From the NCBI GenBank assembly GCA_963840235.1, contig CAWIYC010000003.1:456927-520926 (forward strand): a stretch of DNA of 64,000 nucleotides. The letters are read 5' to 3'. The notes under the pieces are model-generated. The model worked only from the letters and a program-made list of their open reading frames with translations, was not told where the DNA came from and searched no databases. Positions within the stretch are counted from its first letter, which is position 1. Each line of letters begins with the position of its first letter. Shown here one piece after another: positions 1-9,328 of the stretch. A program made the translations under genes and the position numbers. This DNA comes from an uncultured Actinomycetes bacterium. GTDB lineage: Bacteria; Actinomycetota; Thermoleophilia; Solirubrobacterales; 70-9.

Positions 1-1
1 G

Positions 2-499
2 ATCCCGATCATCGGCCTCGTCGACACCAACTGCGACCCGGCGCCGGTGGACTACGTCGTCCCCGGCAACGACGACGCGATCCGCTCCTGCGACCTGATC
101 GTCAGCACCGTCGGCTCCGCGATCGACGAGGGCGCCGGCGCCTGGCGCACCGAGGAGGCCCGTCGCCGCGCCGAGGAAGAGGAGCGCCGCCGAATCGAGG
201 CGGAGGAGCGCCGCAAACGGGAGGAGGAGGAGAAGGCCCGCAAGGAGGCCGAAGAAGCTGCCGCCAAGGCAGCCGCCGAAGCGGAGGCCAGGAAGGCGGC
301 CGCCCAGCCGGCCCCTGAGAGGGCCGCCGTGCCCACCCCGCCACCGGCCCAGGCGCCCGCCGCGGAGCCGAAGCCCGAGCCGGCGCCGGCGGGAGCGGAA
401 GCGAAGCCCGAGCCCGGGGGGGAGCCCAAGGCCGAGGCCGGGAAAGCGGAGGAGCCCGAGCCGGCGCCAACCACGGCCAGCGACGGAGGGGAGAGTTGA
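2..499 (+). CDS. rpsB: 30S ribosomal protein S2, 5'-truncated at the window edge, with a long low-complexity C-terminal tail
   Basis: The translation [29 protein letters not shown] matches the conserved S2 C-terminal core. It sits directly upstream of tsf (classic rpsB-tsf pair). About 115 aa of E/R/K/A/P-rich tail follow the core. Confidence 0.85.
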   Translation: MPIIGLVDTNCDPAPVDYVVPGNDDAIRSCDLIVSTVGSAIDEGAGAWRTEEARRRAEEEERRRIEAEERRKREEEEKARKEAEEAAAKAAAEAEARKAAAQPAPERAAVPTPPPAQAPAAEPKPEPAPAGAEAKPEPGGEPKAEAGKAEEPEPAPTTASDGGES

Positions 500-1104
500 T
501 GGCCGTCGCCGCCTCCGACGTCAAGGCCCTGCGCGACCGGACCGGTGCCGGGATGATGGACTGCAAGGCGGCGCTGGCGGAGGCCGACGGCGACCTCGAC
601 CGCGCGGTGGAGATCCTCCGCGTCAAGGGCCAGGCCTCGGCTGCGAAGCGCGAGGGGCGCGGCACCGACGAGGGGGTCATCTCCTCCTACGTCCACGCCA
701 ACGACAGGGTCGGGGCGATGGTCGAGATCCAGTGCGAGACCGACTTCGTCGCCCGCAACGAGGATTTCCGGGCTTTCGCCTACGAGGTCGCCCTGCACGT
801 CGCCGCAGCCGCCCCCCACCATGTCTCCGCGGAGGAGATCCCGGAGGATGAGCGCGAGGCCGAGCGGCGCGTGTTCGAGGAGAAGGCGCGCGAGGAGGGC
901 AAGCCGGACAACGTCATCGAGAGGATCGTCGAGGGCCAGATGGCGAAGTGGGCGAGCGAGGTTGCCCTGCTCGACCAGACGCACGTCAACGCCGACAAGC
1001 ACGAGTCGAAGACGATCGAGCAGTTGCGGCAGGAGATTGCCGCCAAGACCGGCGAGAACGTGCGGATCGCCCGTTTCGCCTACTTTCGCGTCGGCGAGGG
1101 ATAG
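499..1104 (+). CDS. tsf: Translation elongation factor Ts
   Basis: The N-terminus [39 protein letters not shown] is the EF-Ts UBA-like motif. The ATG at 499 overlaps the rpsB stop codon. Synteny is rpsB-tsf-pyrH-frr. Confidence 0.95.
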   Translation: MAVAASDVKALRDRTGAGMMDCKAALAEADGDLDRAVEILRVKGQASAAKREGRGTDEGVISSYVHANDRVGAMVEIQCETDFVARNEDFRAFAYEVALHVAAAAPHHVSAEEIPEDEREAERRVFEEKAREEGKPDNVIERIVEGQMAKWASEVALLDQTHVNADKHESKTIEQLRQEIAAKTGENVRIARFAYFRVGEG

Positions 1105-1115
1105 GCTCGCCCCCG

Positions 1116-1853
1116 ATGGCGCCCGACCCCCGGTTCAGCCGCATCCTTCTGAAGCTCTCCGGGGAGGCCCTGATGGGAGACCTCGACTACGGCACCGACG
1201 CCGACCAGGTGCGGCGGATCGCCGAGCAGATCGCCGGGACCCGCGGGCGGGGGGTGGAGATCGCCGTCGTCGTCGGCGCCGGCAACATCTACCGCGGGCT
1301 CGAGGCTGCAGCGGCCGGGATGGACCGGGCGACCGGCGACTACATGGGGATGATGGCGACGGTGCTCAACGCGCTCACCCTCCAGGACGCGTTGGAGAGG
1401 ATCGGCGAGCACACCAGGGTGATGTCGGCGATCGACGTCAAGGAGGTCGCCGAGCCCTACATCCGCCGGCGGGCGATGCGCCACCTGGAGAAGGGCCGGG
1501 TGGTGATCTTCGCCGCCGGCACGGGCAACCCTTTCTTCACGACCGACACGGCCGCCGCCCTGCGGGCGCTGGAGATCCACGCCGAGGCGATCCTGATGGC
1601 CAAGAACGGCGTCGAAGGGGTCTACGACTCCGACCCGGCGACCAACCCCAAGGCCAGGTTCATTCCCCGAATCAGCCATCGCGAGGCGATCGAGCAGGAC
1701 CTGCGTGTGATGGACTCGACCGCGCTCTCGCTCTGCATGGACAACGACCTCCCGATCCACGTCTTCAATATGGCCGACGAGGGCAACATCGACCGCATCC
1801 TCTCGGGCGAGAGCGTCGGCACCCTGGTCGCCGCCACCGGCGCCTCGAGCTGA
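1116..1853 (+). CDS. pyrH: UMP kinase
   Basis: RILLKLSGEALMGD and VVVGAGNIYRG are amino-acid kinase motifs. The gene sits between tsf and frr. Confidence 0.95.
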   Translation: MAPDPRFSRILLKLSGEALMGDLDYGTDADQVRRIAEQIAGTRGRGVEIAVVVGAGNIYRGLEAAAAGMDRATGDYMGMMATVLNALTLQDALERIGEHTRVMSAIDVKEVAEPYIRRRAMRHLEKGRVVIFAAGTGNPFFTTDTAAALRALEIHAEAILMAKNGVEGVYDSDPATNPKARFIPRISHREAIEQDLRVMDSTALSLCMDNDLPIHVFNMADEGNIDRILSGESVGTLVAATGASS

Positions 1854-1895
1854 GAGCCGCGCGCCCCGGTCCGCCGCCGGGTTAGGATTGCGCCC

Positions 1896-2465
1896 ATGGA
1901 GAACGAGTTCATCAGCGAACTGCTCAGCGACGCCCAAGAACGGATGACGAAGTCGGTCGAGTCCACCCGCGGCGAACTGGCCACAGTCCGCACAGGGCGG
2001 GCGTCGCCGCACCTCCTCGATCGGATCACGGTCGATTACTACGGGACCCAGACGGCGCTGAAGCAGCTCGCAAACGTCGCCACGACCGACGCTCGCCTGC
2101 TGACCCTGACCCCGTTCGACAAGTCGGCGATCGGCGCAATCGAGAAGGCGATCCTCGAGTCCGACGTCGGCCTCACGCCGAGCAACGACGGCAGCGTCAT
2201 CCGGCTTCAGATACCGGAGCTGACAGAGGAACGGCGCCGCGAGATGGTCAAGGTCGTCCACGGGGTCGCCGAGGAGGGGAAGATCGCGGTCCGCAACGTC
2301 CGCCGCGACGTCATGCATGACCTGCGCGAGCTGAAGAAGGAGGGGGAGGCGGGCGAGGACGACGAGCGCCGCGCCGAGAGCGCCCTGCAGAAGGCGACCG
2401 ACGCGGCCACCGGAGAGATAGACGAGCTGCTGAAGGGCAAGGAGGAAGAGATCCTCGAGGTCTGA
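1896..2465 (+). CDS. frr: Ribosome recycling factor
   Basis: 189 aa. The LDRITVDYYGTQTALKQLANV and EERRREMVKVV motifs are typical of RRF, and synteny fits. Confidence 0.95.
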   Translation: MENEFISELLSDAQERMTKSVESTRGELATVRTGRASPHLLDRITVDYYGTQTALKQLANVATTDARLLTLTPFDKSAIGAIEKAILESDVGLTPSNDGSVIRLQIPELTEERRREMVKVVHGVAEEGKIAVRNVRRDVMHDLRELKKEGEAGEDDERRAESALQKATDAATGEIDELLKGKEEEILEV

Positions 2466-2496
2466 GGGTCGGCGCGGACGCTGGCGCCCACAGTCG

Positions 2497-3165
2497 ATGG
2501 CCGTCCCAAGTTACGTCGCGATCATCACCGATGGGAACGGGCGCTGGGCGCAACAGCGCGGCCTGCCCCCAGTCGAGGGGCACGAGGCCGGCGCCGACGT
2601 GGTCAAGGCCCGGCTGCGCGACGCCGCCGAGCTCGGGATCAAGGAGTTGACGGTGTTCTCGTTCTCGACCGAGAACTGGACCCGGCCGAGGGCCGAGGTC
2701 GACGGCCTGCTGCGGATGTTCGGCCAGCGGATCGACGTCGAGACTCCCGAGCTCAACGACGAGGGCGTGCGCATGCGCTTCGTCGGCCGCCGCGAGGGCG
2801 TCCCCGCGGAGCTGTGTGAGCGCATGGACTGGGCCGAGGAGACGACTGCCGCGAACCAGCGGATCACCCTCTTCGTCGCCTTCAACTACGGCGGCAGGGC
2901 GGAGATCGTCGACGCGGCCCGAAGATTCGACGGGAGCTCCGAGGAGGAGTTTCGCCGATGCCTCTACGCGCCCGAGATGCACGACCCCGACCTGCTCATT
3001 CGCACCAGCGGAGAGATGCGAATCTCCAACTACCTGCTGTGGCAGTGCGCCTACTCGGAGTTCGTCTTCCGCGACGAGCTCTGGCCCGACTTCGATCGCG
3101 AGGCGTTCGAGGCCACCCTGCGCGAGTTCGAGTCCCGCCGGCGCCGCTTCGGGGCCAGGAGCTGA
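2497..3165 (+). CDS. uppS: Isoprenyl transferase (undecaprenyl-diphosphate synthase family)
   Basis: VAIITDGNGRWA, FSFSTENWTRP and RTSGEMRISNYLLWQCAYSEF are cis-prenyltransferase signatures. Confidence 0.93.
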   Translation: MAVPSYVAIITDGNGRWAQQRGLPPVEGHEAGADVVKARLRDAAELGIKELTVFSFSTENWTRPRAEVDGLLRMFGQRIDVETPELNDEGVRMRFVGRREGVPAELCERMDWAEETTAANQRITLFVAFNYGGRAEIVDAARRFDGSSEEEFRRCLYAPEMHDPDLLIRTSGEMRISNYLLWQCAYSEFVFRDELWPDFDREAFEATLREFESRRRRFGARS

Positions 3166-3166
3166 C

Positions 3167-4219
3167 GTGGCCGGGGAGCGCGAGCCGGGAAGACGGAGGT
3201 TGCCGCGACTGAGGCGGGCCCGGGGGCCGGGGCGCTCACGCAGGGCCCGCCCGGCGGAGGACCCCGCGGCGGAGCCCTTTGACATCGAGTCCGGCTCGGG
3301 CGGCGGCATACCCGGCGGCGAGGAGCTCCTCGGCGGCGAGACAGAGGGCTTCTTCGCCGAGGAGCGGCCGCGACCGGCGCCGGCACAGACCCCAATAGCG
3401 CCCCCACGCCGCCGGCGCGGACTGCGCAACGAGACCTTCAAGCGGATCCTGGTGGCAATCCCATGGATCCTCTTCGCGATCGCGATCACCGTCGCCGGCG
3501 GCATCGTCTTCGCGGTCGCCATGGTCGCCCTGAGCGTGGTGGCGCTGCGCGAATACTGCGTGATCACGGCCCTCTACAGGCCGCTCCAGGTTGCGGCCCT
3601 GATCGCGGTCGCGGGAATGATCATGGCCGCCCACTTCGGCACCGCCTTCAACATCCTGCTGGCGATCGCAGCATCGTTCCTGCTGCTGTTCATTTTCGCC
3701 GCCCGTCGCCGCAACCGCGAAGGGATCACCATCTCGCTGGCGATCACCCTCCTCGGCGTCCTCTGGATCGGGATCCCGCTGCTCCACGCCGTGCTCCTGC
3801 GCGACCTGCCGCTGCACGGCGGCGCCCTGCTGATCGACGTCCTCGTCGGCACCTTCGTCACCGACACCGCCGCCTACGCCACCGGGCGCATGTTCGGCAG
3901 CCACAAGATCGCCCCCCAGCTGTCCCCGCACAAGACCCTGGAGGGCCTGATCGGCGGCTTTCTCATCGGCACCCTCGGCTTCTGGTTCGCAGGCCTCTAT
4001 CAGGACTGGCTCTCAGGCACCGACGCGCTGATCCTCGGTGCGGCGGTGGCGGCCGTCGCCCCGATCGGCGACCTGTTCGAGTCGATGATCAAGAGGGACC
4101 TCGGCCGCAAGGACACCGGGACCCTCTTCGGTCCGCATGGTGGCATCCTCGACCGCCTCGACGCCGCCTTCTTCACCATCGTCGTCGGCTACTACCTCGC
4201 GGTCCAGCTCGTCTACTGA
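3167..4219 (+). CDS. cdsA: Phosphatidate cytidylyltransferase with a disordered N-terminal extension
   Basis: The multi-TM C-terminal part carries KRDLGRKDTGTLFGPHGGILDRLD, the CTP-transferase signature. It follows uppS as usual. The GTG start at 3167 is chosen just after the uppS stop, so the start is uncertain. Confidence 0.8.
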   Translation: MAGEREPGRRRLPRLRRARGPGRSRRARPAEDPAAEPFDIESGSGGGIPGGEELLGGETEGFFAEERPRPAPAQTPIAPPRRRRGLRNETFKRILVAIPWILFAIAITVAGGIVFAVAMVALSVVALREYCVITALYRPLQVAALIAVAGMIMAAHFGTAFNILLAIAASFLLLFIFAARRRNREGITISLAITLLGVLWIGIPLLHAVLLRDLPLHGGALLIDVLVGTFVTDTAAYATGRMFGSHKIAPQLSPHKTLEGLIGGFLIGTLGFWFAGLYQDWLSGTDALILGAAVAAVAPIGDLFESMIKRDLGRKDTGTLFGPHGGILDRLDAAFFTIVVGYYLAVQLVY

Positions 4220-4276
4220 CAGGCTGGACCCACGATTGCCGAGTACTGACGCCGGCTGCTTCCTACACTCATTGGG

Positions 4277-5428
4277 ATGAAGAAGGTCGTGATTCTCGGC
4301 TGCACCGGCTCGATCGGCACCCAGGCGCTCGAGATCGTCCGCCGCTCGGACGAGCTACGCGTGGTCGGTCTCGCCGCCGGCAGCGGCTCCGAGCAGGCGG
4401 TCGAGCAGGCGCGCGAGCACGGAGTCCCGACGCTGGCACTCGCCGACGCCGACGCCGCCGCACGGGCGAAATCAGAGTGGAGTGGACAGGTCCTCGAAGG
4501 AGAGGAGGGGATCGCCGAGCTGATCGCCTCTTCCGGCGCAGACTTGGTGCTCAACGGGATCGTCGGGGCCGCCGGTCTCGGCCCGACGATCGTCGCCCTG
4601 ACCGAGGGGCTCGACGTCGCCCTCGCCAACAAGGAGAGCCTGGTGATCGGTGGAGAGCTGGTGACGGCGCTGGCCGAGGCCACCGGGGCCCGGCTGCTGC
4701 CGGTGGATTCCGAGCACTCGGCCCTGTTCCAGCTGATCCGGGCAGAGCCGCCCGGGACCGTCGAGCGTCTTGTCCTGACGGCCTCCGGAGGCCCCTTCAG
4801 GGGGCGCAGCGACCTCTCCGGGATCACCCCGGCGGACGCCCTCGACCATCCGACCTGGGAGATGGGCGGGCGGATCACGGTCGACTCGGCGACTCTGATG
4901 AACAAGGGCTTCGAGATGATCGAGGCCTTCCACCTCTTCGGCGTCCCCTACGAGCGCATCGACGTCGTCGTCCACCCGCAGTCGATCGTCCACTCGCTGG
5001 TGCACCTCAACGACGGCGCCTCGCTCGCCCACCTCGGCTATCCCGACATGCGGGTGCCGATCTCCTACGCCCTCCACTACCCCGAGCGGGCCGACGTCCC
5101 GGTCGGGCGCCTGGACCTTGCGGCCGCCGGCGAGCTCAGCTTCGAGGAGCCGGACACGAACACCTTCGCCTGTCTTCGCCTGGCGCGAGAAGCCGGCGAG
5201 GCCGGGGGGACAGCTCCCTGCGTGCTCAACGCCGCCGACGAGGTCGCGGTGGCCGCCTTCCTCGCCGGCGAGATCCCGTTCGCGACGATCCCGGCCGTGA
5301 TCGAGAGTGCTCTGGCGGAGTCTGGGACCGCGCCGGTGACGCACTTCGACGATCTCTTCGCTGCCGACGCCGAGGCCCGCCGCCGCGCCCGTGATCTCCT
5401 GGCCACCCACGGGAGCGCCGCCCGGTGA
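4277..5428 (+). CDS. dxr: 1-deoxy-D-xylulose 5-phosphate reductoisomerase
   Basis: MKKVVILGCTGSIGTQALEIV, LANKESLV and PVDSEHSA are canonical Dxr motifs. Confidence 0.95.
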   Translation: MKKVVILGCTGSIGTQALEIVRRSDELRVVGLAAGSGSEQAVEQAREHGVPTLALADADAAARAKSEWSGQVLEGEEGIAELIASSGADLVLNGIVGAAGLGPTIVALTEGLDVALANKESLVIGGELVTALAEATGARLLPVDSEHSALFQLIRAEPPGTVERLVLTASGGPFRGRSDLSGITPADALDHPTWEMGGRITVDSATLMNKGFEMIEAFHLFGVPYERIDVVVHPQSIVHSLVHLNDGASLAHLGYPDMRVPISYALHYPERADVPVGRLDLAAAGELSFEEPDTNTFACLRLAREAGEAGGTAPCVLNAADEVAVAAFLAGEIPFATIPAVIESALAESGTAPVTHFDDLFAADAEARRRARDLLATHGSAAR

Positions 5429-6513
5429 CCTGGATCCTCGCCTTCGCCGGCTTCGCCGCGCTGATCATCCTGCACGAGTTCGGGCACTTCATCGCCGCCA
5501 AGGCGACCGGGATGCGGGTCGAGCGCTTCTTCCTCTTCTTCCCCCCGGCTCTGATCTCGAAGAAACGGGGCGAGACCGAGTACGGGATCGGCGCGATCCC
5601 GCTCGGCGGCTTCGTCAAGATCACCGGGATGAACCCGGACGAGGAGCTGCCGCCGGAGGTGGCTCCCCGCGGCTATTACCACCAACCCGTGTGGAAGCGG
5701 ATCGTGGTCATCGGCGCCGGGCCCGCGGTGAACATCGCCCTCGCCTTCCTCATCTTCTTCGTCCTCTCCTTCGGCGCCCGTGACCTGGCCGACTCGGTCG
5801 GCGAGATCGTCCCCGGATCCCCCGCGGCGAAGCAGCTGCGGGCCGGCGACAGGATCGTCTCGGTCAATGGCCGCTCCTACGGGGGCCTGACGTTGGAGGA
5901 GCGGCTGCTGAAGTTCTCCGACACGATCGCCGCCGACAAGTGCCCCGGCAAGCAGGTCGACGGCTGCCTCGCGGCCAAACCGGTGAGGCTCGAGGTCGCC
6001 CGCGACGGCCGCATCCGGGAGATGGCGATCACCCCGACCTACGACGAGTCGGTGACGCGGATGCGCCTCGGCTTCTCCTACGGCACGACCCCGGCCGAGG
6101 GCGGGCCGGTCGCAGCCGCCGATCGCTCGGTCAGCTTCATGTGGCTGGTGACGACGAAGACGGTCGGCGTCTTCGCCAACCTCCTCGACGATAAGCAGAG
6201 GAAGCAGGTCTCCGGTGTCGTCGGCAGCTACGAGGTGACGCGTCAGGCGATCGGCTTCAGCGCCCGCGAGGCGCTGACGCTGCTCGCCGTGATCAGCCTC
6301 TCCCTGGGACTGATCAACCTGTTCCCCTTCCTTCCGCTCGACGGCGGCCACATCTTCTGGAGTCTGGTGGAAAAGGTCCGGGGGCGCCCGGTGCCGTTCA
6401 GGGTGATGGAGCGGGCCAGCGCGATCGGCTTCGTGCTGGTGATGATGCTCTTCTTCATCGGCCTCACGAACGATATTGGCCGGCTCACCGGCGAAGGCTT
6501 CAACGTGCGCTAG
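5425..6513 (+). CDS. rseP: Site-2 protease, M50 family zinc metalloprotease (RseP/Rip1-like) with a PDZ region
   Basis: There is an HEFGH zinc motif in the first TM segment and NLFPFLPLDGGH in the C-terminal part. The GTGA start overlaps the dxr stop. The position next to dxr is conserved. Confidence 0.9.
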   Translation: MTWILAFAGFAALIILHEFGHFIAAKATGMRVERFFLFFPPALISKKRGETEYGIGAIPLGGFVKITGMNPDEELPPEVAPRGYYHQPVWKRIVVIGAGPAVNIALAFLIFFVLSFGARDLADSVGEIVPGSPAAKQLRAGDRIVSVNGRSYGGLTLEERLLKFSDTIAADKCPGKQVDGCLAAKPVRLEVARDGRIREMAITPTYDESVTRMRLGFSYGTTPAEGGPVAAADRSVSFMWLVTTKTVGVFANLLDDKQRKQVSGVVGSYEVTRQAIGFSAREALTLLAVISLSLGLINLFPFLPLDGGHIFWSLVEKVRGRPVPFRVMERASAIGFVLVMMLFFIGLTNDIGRLTGEGFNVR

Positions 6514-6552
6514 TTTTCCCTGCACTGCCCAGGAAACGGAGGAGGAGGGGCG

Positions 6553-8364
6553 TTGGAAGTCACCACTGCTGAGGGCTACGCGAGCGGCGGCCCGGGACGG
6601 GAGCCGGAAACATCCAACGTCTATGAGGCCTTCCTCAGGACGGTGGACCGGATCGGCGGAGACGTCGCCATCCGCACCGAGGACGACTCGGTCTCGGTCA
6701 CCTGGAACGAGCTCTCGGCCTGGGTCAGCCGGATAGCCGGAGGGCTCGAGGGCCTCGGGCTCGAGAAGGGCGAGACGGTCGCCCTGATGCTCAACAATCG
6801 CCCCGAGTTCATCCCCTGCGACCTGGCCGCCGTCAGCCTCGGCGGGGTTCCTTTCTCGATCTACCAGACCTCCTCGCCCGACCAGATCGCCTACGTCGTC
6901 GGCGACGCCGGCTCGCGGATCGCGATCATCGAGTCTGCCTTCCTCGAGAACTTCAACAAGGCACGTGAGAATCTGCCGGACGTCGAGCATGTAATCGTCA
7001 TCGACGGCGAGGGCGGCACCGACACCCTCGCCGGGCTCGAGTCAGCCAATCCCGGATTCGATCCCTCCGAGCGCGCCGCCGGCGTCGGGCTCGACGACCT
7101 GCTGACGCTGATCTACACCTCGGGGACGACCGGCCCGCCGAAGGGGGTCCAGCTCACCCACCGCAACCTGATGGCGCTGACCACCTCGGTCGAAGGGATG
7201 ATCGAGATGCCCGAGCGCGGCGGCCGCCTGATCTCGTGGCTGCCGACGGCGCACATCGCCGAGCGCGGCGCCCACTACTACCTGCCGGTGGTCAAGGGGC
7301 TTACCGTGACGATCTGTCCCGACCCCCGCCGGATCGTCGAGTTCATTCCCAAGGTCAAGCCCTCCTGGTTTTTCGCCGTGCCGAGGATCTACGAGAAGCT
7401 CAAGGCCGGGCTCGAGGCCCAGCTCGCGAGCCTCCCCGACGAGCAGCGGATACCGGCCGAGAAGGGGCTCGAGGCGGCGATATCGAAGGTCCGGCTCGAG
7501 CAGGCGGGGGAGGAGGTGCCGGAGGAGCTGGCGGCGGCGGTCGAGCGCGCCGACGAGGAGCTGTTCTCGAAGCTGCGCGCTGCACTCGGCCTCGACGAGC
7601 TCGCCGCGGTCAACGTCGGCGCCGCACCGACCCCGCTCGAGGTGCTCGAGTTCTTCCACGCGATCGGGATCCCGGTCGGCGAGCTCTGGGGGATGTCGGA
7701 GACCTGCGGCGTCGCCACCCTCAACCCCCCGGAGAAGATCAAGCTGGGGACCGTCGGCCCGCCCGTCCCCGGCGTCGAGATCAAGCTTGCCTCCGACGGC
7801 GAGGTCCTGGTCAAGGGCGACGGGATCATGCCCGGCTACAGAAACATGCCCGAGAAGACGGCCGAGACCTTCGAAGACGGCTGGCTCCTGACCGGGGACA
7901 TCGGTGAACTCGACTCCGACGGCTACCTGAAGATCGTCGACCGCAAGAAGGAGCTGATCATCAACGCCGCCGGCAAGAACATGTCGCCGGCGAACATCGA
8001 GTCGAAGCTGAAGGCGGCCGACCCCCTGATCGGCCAGTGCGTCGCGATCGGCGATCGGCGTCCCTACAACGTCGCCCTGATCGTCCTCGACCCGGACTAT
8101 GCGCCCGTCTGGGCCGCCGCCAACGGGCTCGAGGGCACCCCGATCTCCGAGCTGGCTGGGCTGGAAGAGCTGCTGACCGCGGTGCAGGAGGGGATCGACG
8201 AGGCGAACGCGAAGATGGCGCGGGTCGAGCAGATCAAGAAGTTCACGGTCCTGCCCGAGGAGTGGAGCCCGGGTGGCGACGAGCTGACGCCGACGATGAA
8301 GCTCAAGCGCAAGCCGATCGCCGAGAAGTACGAAGCCGAGATCGAGGCGCTCTACTCGTCCTGA
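6553..8364 (+). CDS. AMP-dependent synthetase/ligase (long-chain acyl-CoA synthetase-like)
   Basis: It has the IYTSGTTGPPKGV AMP-binding motif, TGDIGELDSDGYLKIVDRKKELI, and KFTVLPEEWSPGGDELTPTMKLKRK at the C-terminus. The TTG start is tentative. Confidence 0.85.
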   Translation: MEVTTAEGYASGGPGREPETSNVYEAFLRTVDRIGGDVAIRTEDDSVSVTWNELSAWVSRIAGGLEGLGLEKGETVALMLNNRPEFIPCDLAAVSLGGVPFSIYQTSSPDQIAYVVGDAGSRIAIIESAFLENFNKARENLPDVEHVIVIDGEGGTDTLAGLESANPGFDPSERAAGVGLDDLLTLIYTSGTTGPPKGVQLTHRNLMALTTSVEGMIEMPERGGRLISWLPTAHIAERGAHYYLPVVKGLTVTICPDPRRIVEFIPKVKPSWFFAVPRIYEKLKAGLEAQLASLPDEQRIPAEKGLEAAISKVRLEQAGEEVPEELAAAVERADEELFSKLRAALGLDELAAVNVGAAPTPLEVLEFFHAIGIPVGELWGMSETCGVATLNPPEKIKLGTVGPPVPGVEIKLASDGEVLVKGDGIMPGYRNMPEKTAETFEDGWLLTGDIGELDSDGYLKIVDRKKELIINAAGKNMSPANIESKLKAADPLIGQCVAIGDRRPYNVALIVLDPDYAPVWAAANGLEGTPISELAGLEELLTAVQEGIDEANAKMARVEQIKKFTVLPEEWSPGGDELTPTMKLKRKPIAEKYEAEIEALYSS

Positions 8365-8404
8365 CTAGCCTAGGACGGGTGAGAGCAAGCAGCGGCAGCC
8401 CCAG

Positions 8405-9328
8405 GTGAGGGCACTCCTCCGGCGCCTGCCGAGACCGGCGCGCGAGCGCCTGCGCGCCGCCCGCAAGGGCTACCGCAGCGCCCGTTTCCGCACCCGTGAG
8501 CGGCTGCGGCCGGTTCGCGTCGACCAGGGGGCGATCGAGGAAGCGCTGCGCGGGCTCGGGATCGGCGCCGGCGACGACGTCTGGATGCAAACGCAGATGT
8601 CGGCCTTCGGCACCGTCGTCGGGGGCCCGGAGACGGTGATCAGGGCACTGCGGGCCGTGGTCGGGCCGGAAGCGCTGGTGGCGATGCCCGCCTTTCCCGT
8701 CGGCGGGCTCTCGATCGAGTACCTGCGGCAGAACCCTGTGTTCGACTACCACCGAGCGCCGTCTCGGATGGGGGCGATCACCGAGCGCTTCCGCAAGCTG
8801 CCCGAGGCCCGCCGAAGCCTGCACCCGACCCACTCGATCGCCGCCCAGGGTCCGGGGGCCGGGAACCTTCTCGCCGGCCATGAGCGGGCCGAGACCCCGT
8901 TCGGCGAGGGGACGCCGTTCGTCCGCCTGATCGAGCGCAACGCGCGCCAGGTCTTCTTCGGCACAAGCACCCGGCCGATGACGATGTACCACGCCTTCGA
9001 GTGCACCCGCCGCCCGCCGTTTCCCTACGACGTCTTCCTCCCCGATCGATTCCCGGTCACCTGCGTCGACGCGGATGGCCGCGAGATCGCGACCAGCACG
9101 CTCGTCCACAGGCCGCGGCTTTCGATCGGGCGGATCGACGCCAACCCGCCGCTGGCCGCCGAGGTCCGCCGCCGGCTGACCGCGGTCGGCATGAACTGCG
9201 TCGCGCTCGGCCGCTCCGACGTGCTCTCGATCCCGCTGCAGGAAATGATCGCCGCATTCGAGCCGATGCTCGCCGACGGGGTCACGATCTACGATCCGGC
9301 CATGCTCGAGGCCGAGGCAAAGCGATGA
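8405..9328 (+). CDS. AAC(3)-family (Antibiotic_NAT-like) N-acetyltransferase
   Basis: VWMQTQMSAFG..GGPETVIRALRAVVGPEALVAMPAF, SRMGAITERFRKLPEARRSLHPTHSIAAQG and TPFVRL resemble aminoglycoside 3-N-acetyltransferase family blocks. Recognised by eye only. Confidence 0.72.
   Translation: MRALLRRLPRPARERLRAARKGYRSARFRTRERLRPVRVDQGAIEEALRGLGIGAGDDVWMQTQMSAFGTVVGGPETVIRALRAVVGPEALVAMPAFPVGGLSIEYLRQNPVFDYHRAPSRMGAITERFRKLPEARRSLHPTHSIAAQGPGAGNLLAGHERAETPFGEGTPFVRLIERNARQVFFGTSTRPMTMYHAFECTRRPPFPYDVFLPDRFPVTCVDADGREIATSTLVHRPRLSIGRIDANPPLAAEVRRRLTAVGMNCVALGRSDVLSIPLQEMIAAFEPMLADGVTIYDPAMLEAEAKR

Noticed and set aside
52-2318. Long minus-strand ORFs (52-1002, 102-680, 1080-2318) opposite rpsB, tsf, pyrH and frr.
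   Set aside because: They are antisense to unmistakable housekeeping genes. Their translations are Arg/Pro/Gly/Ala-rich with no motifs. This is a typical high-GC open-frame artefact.
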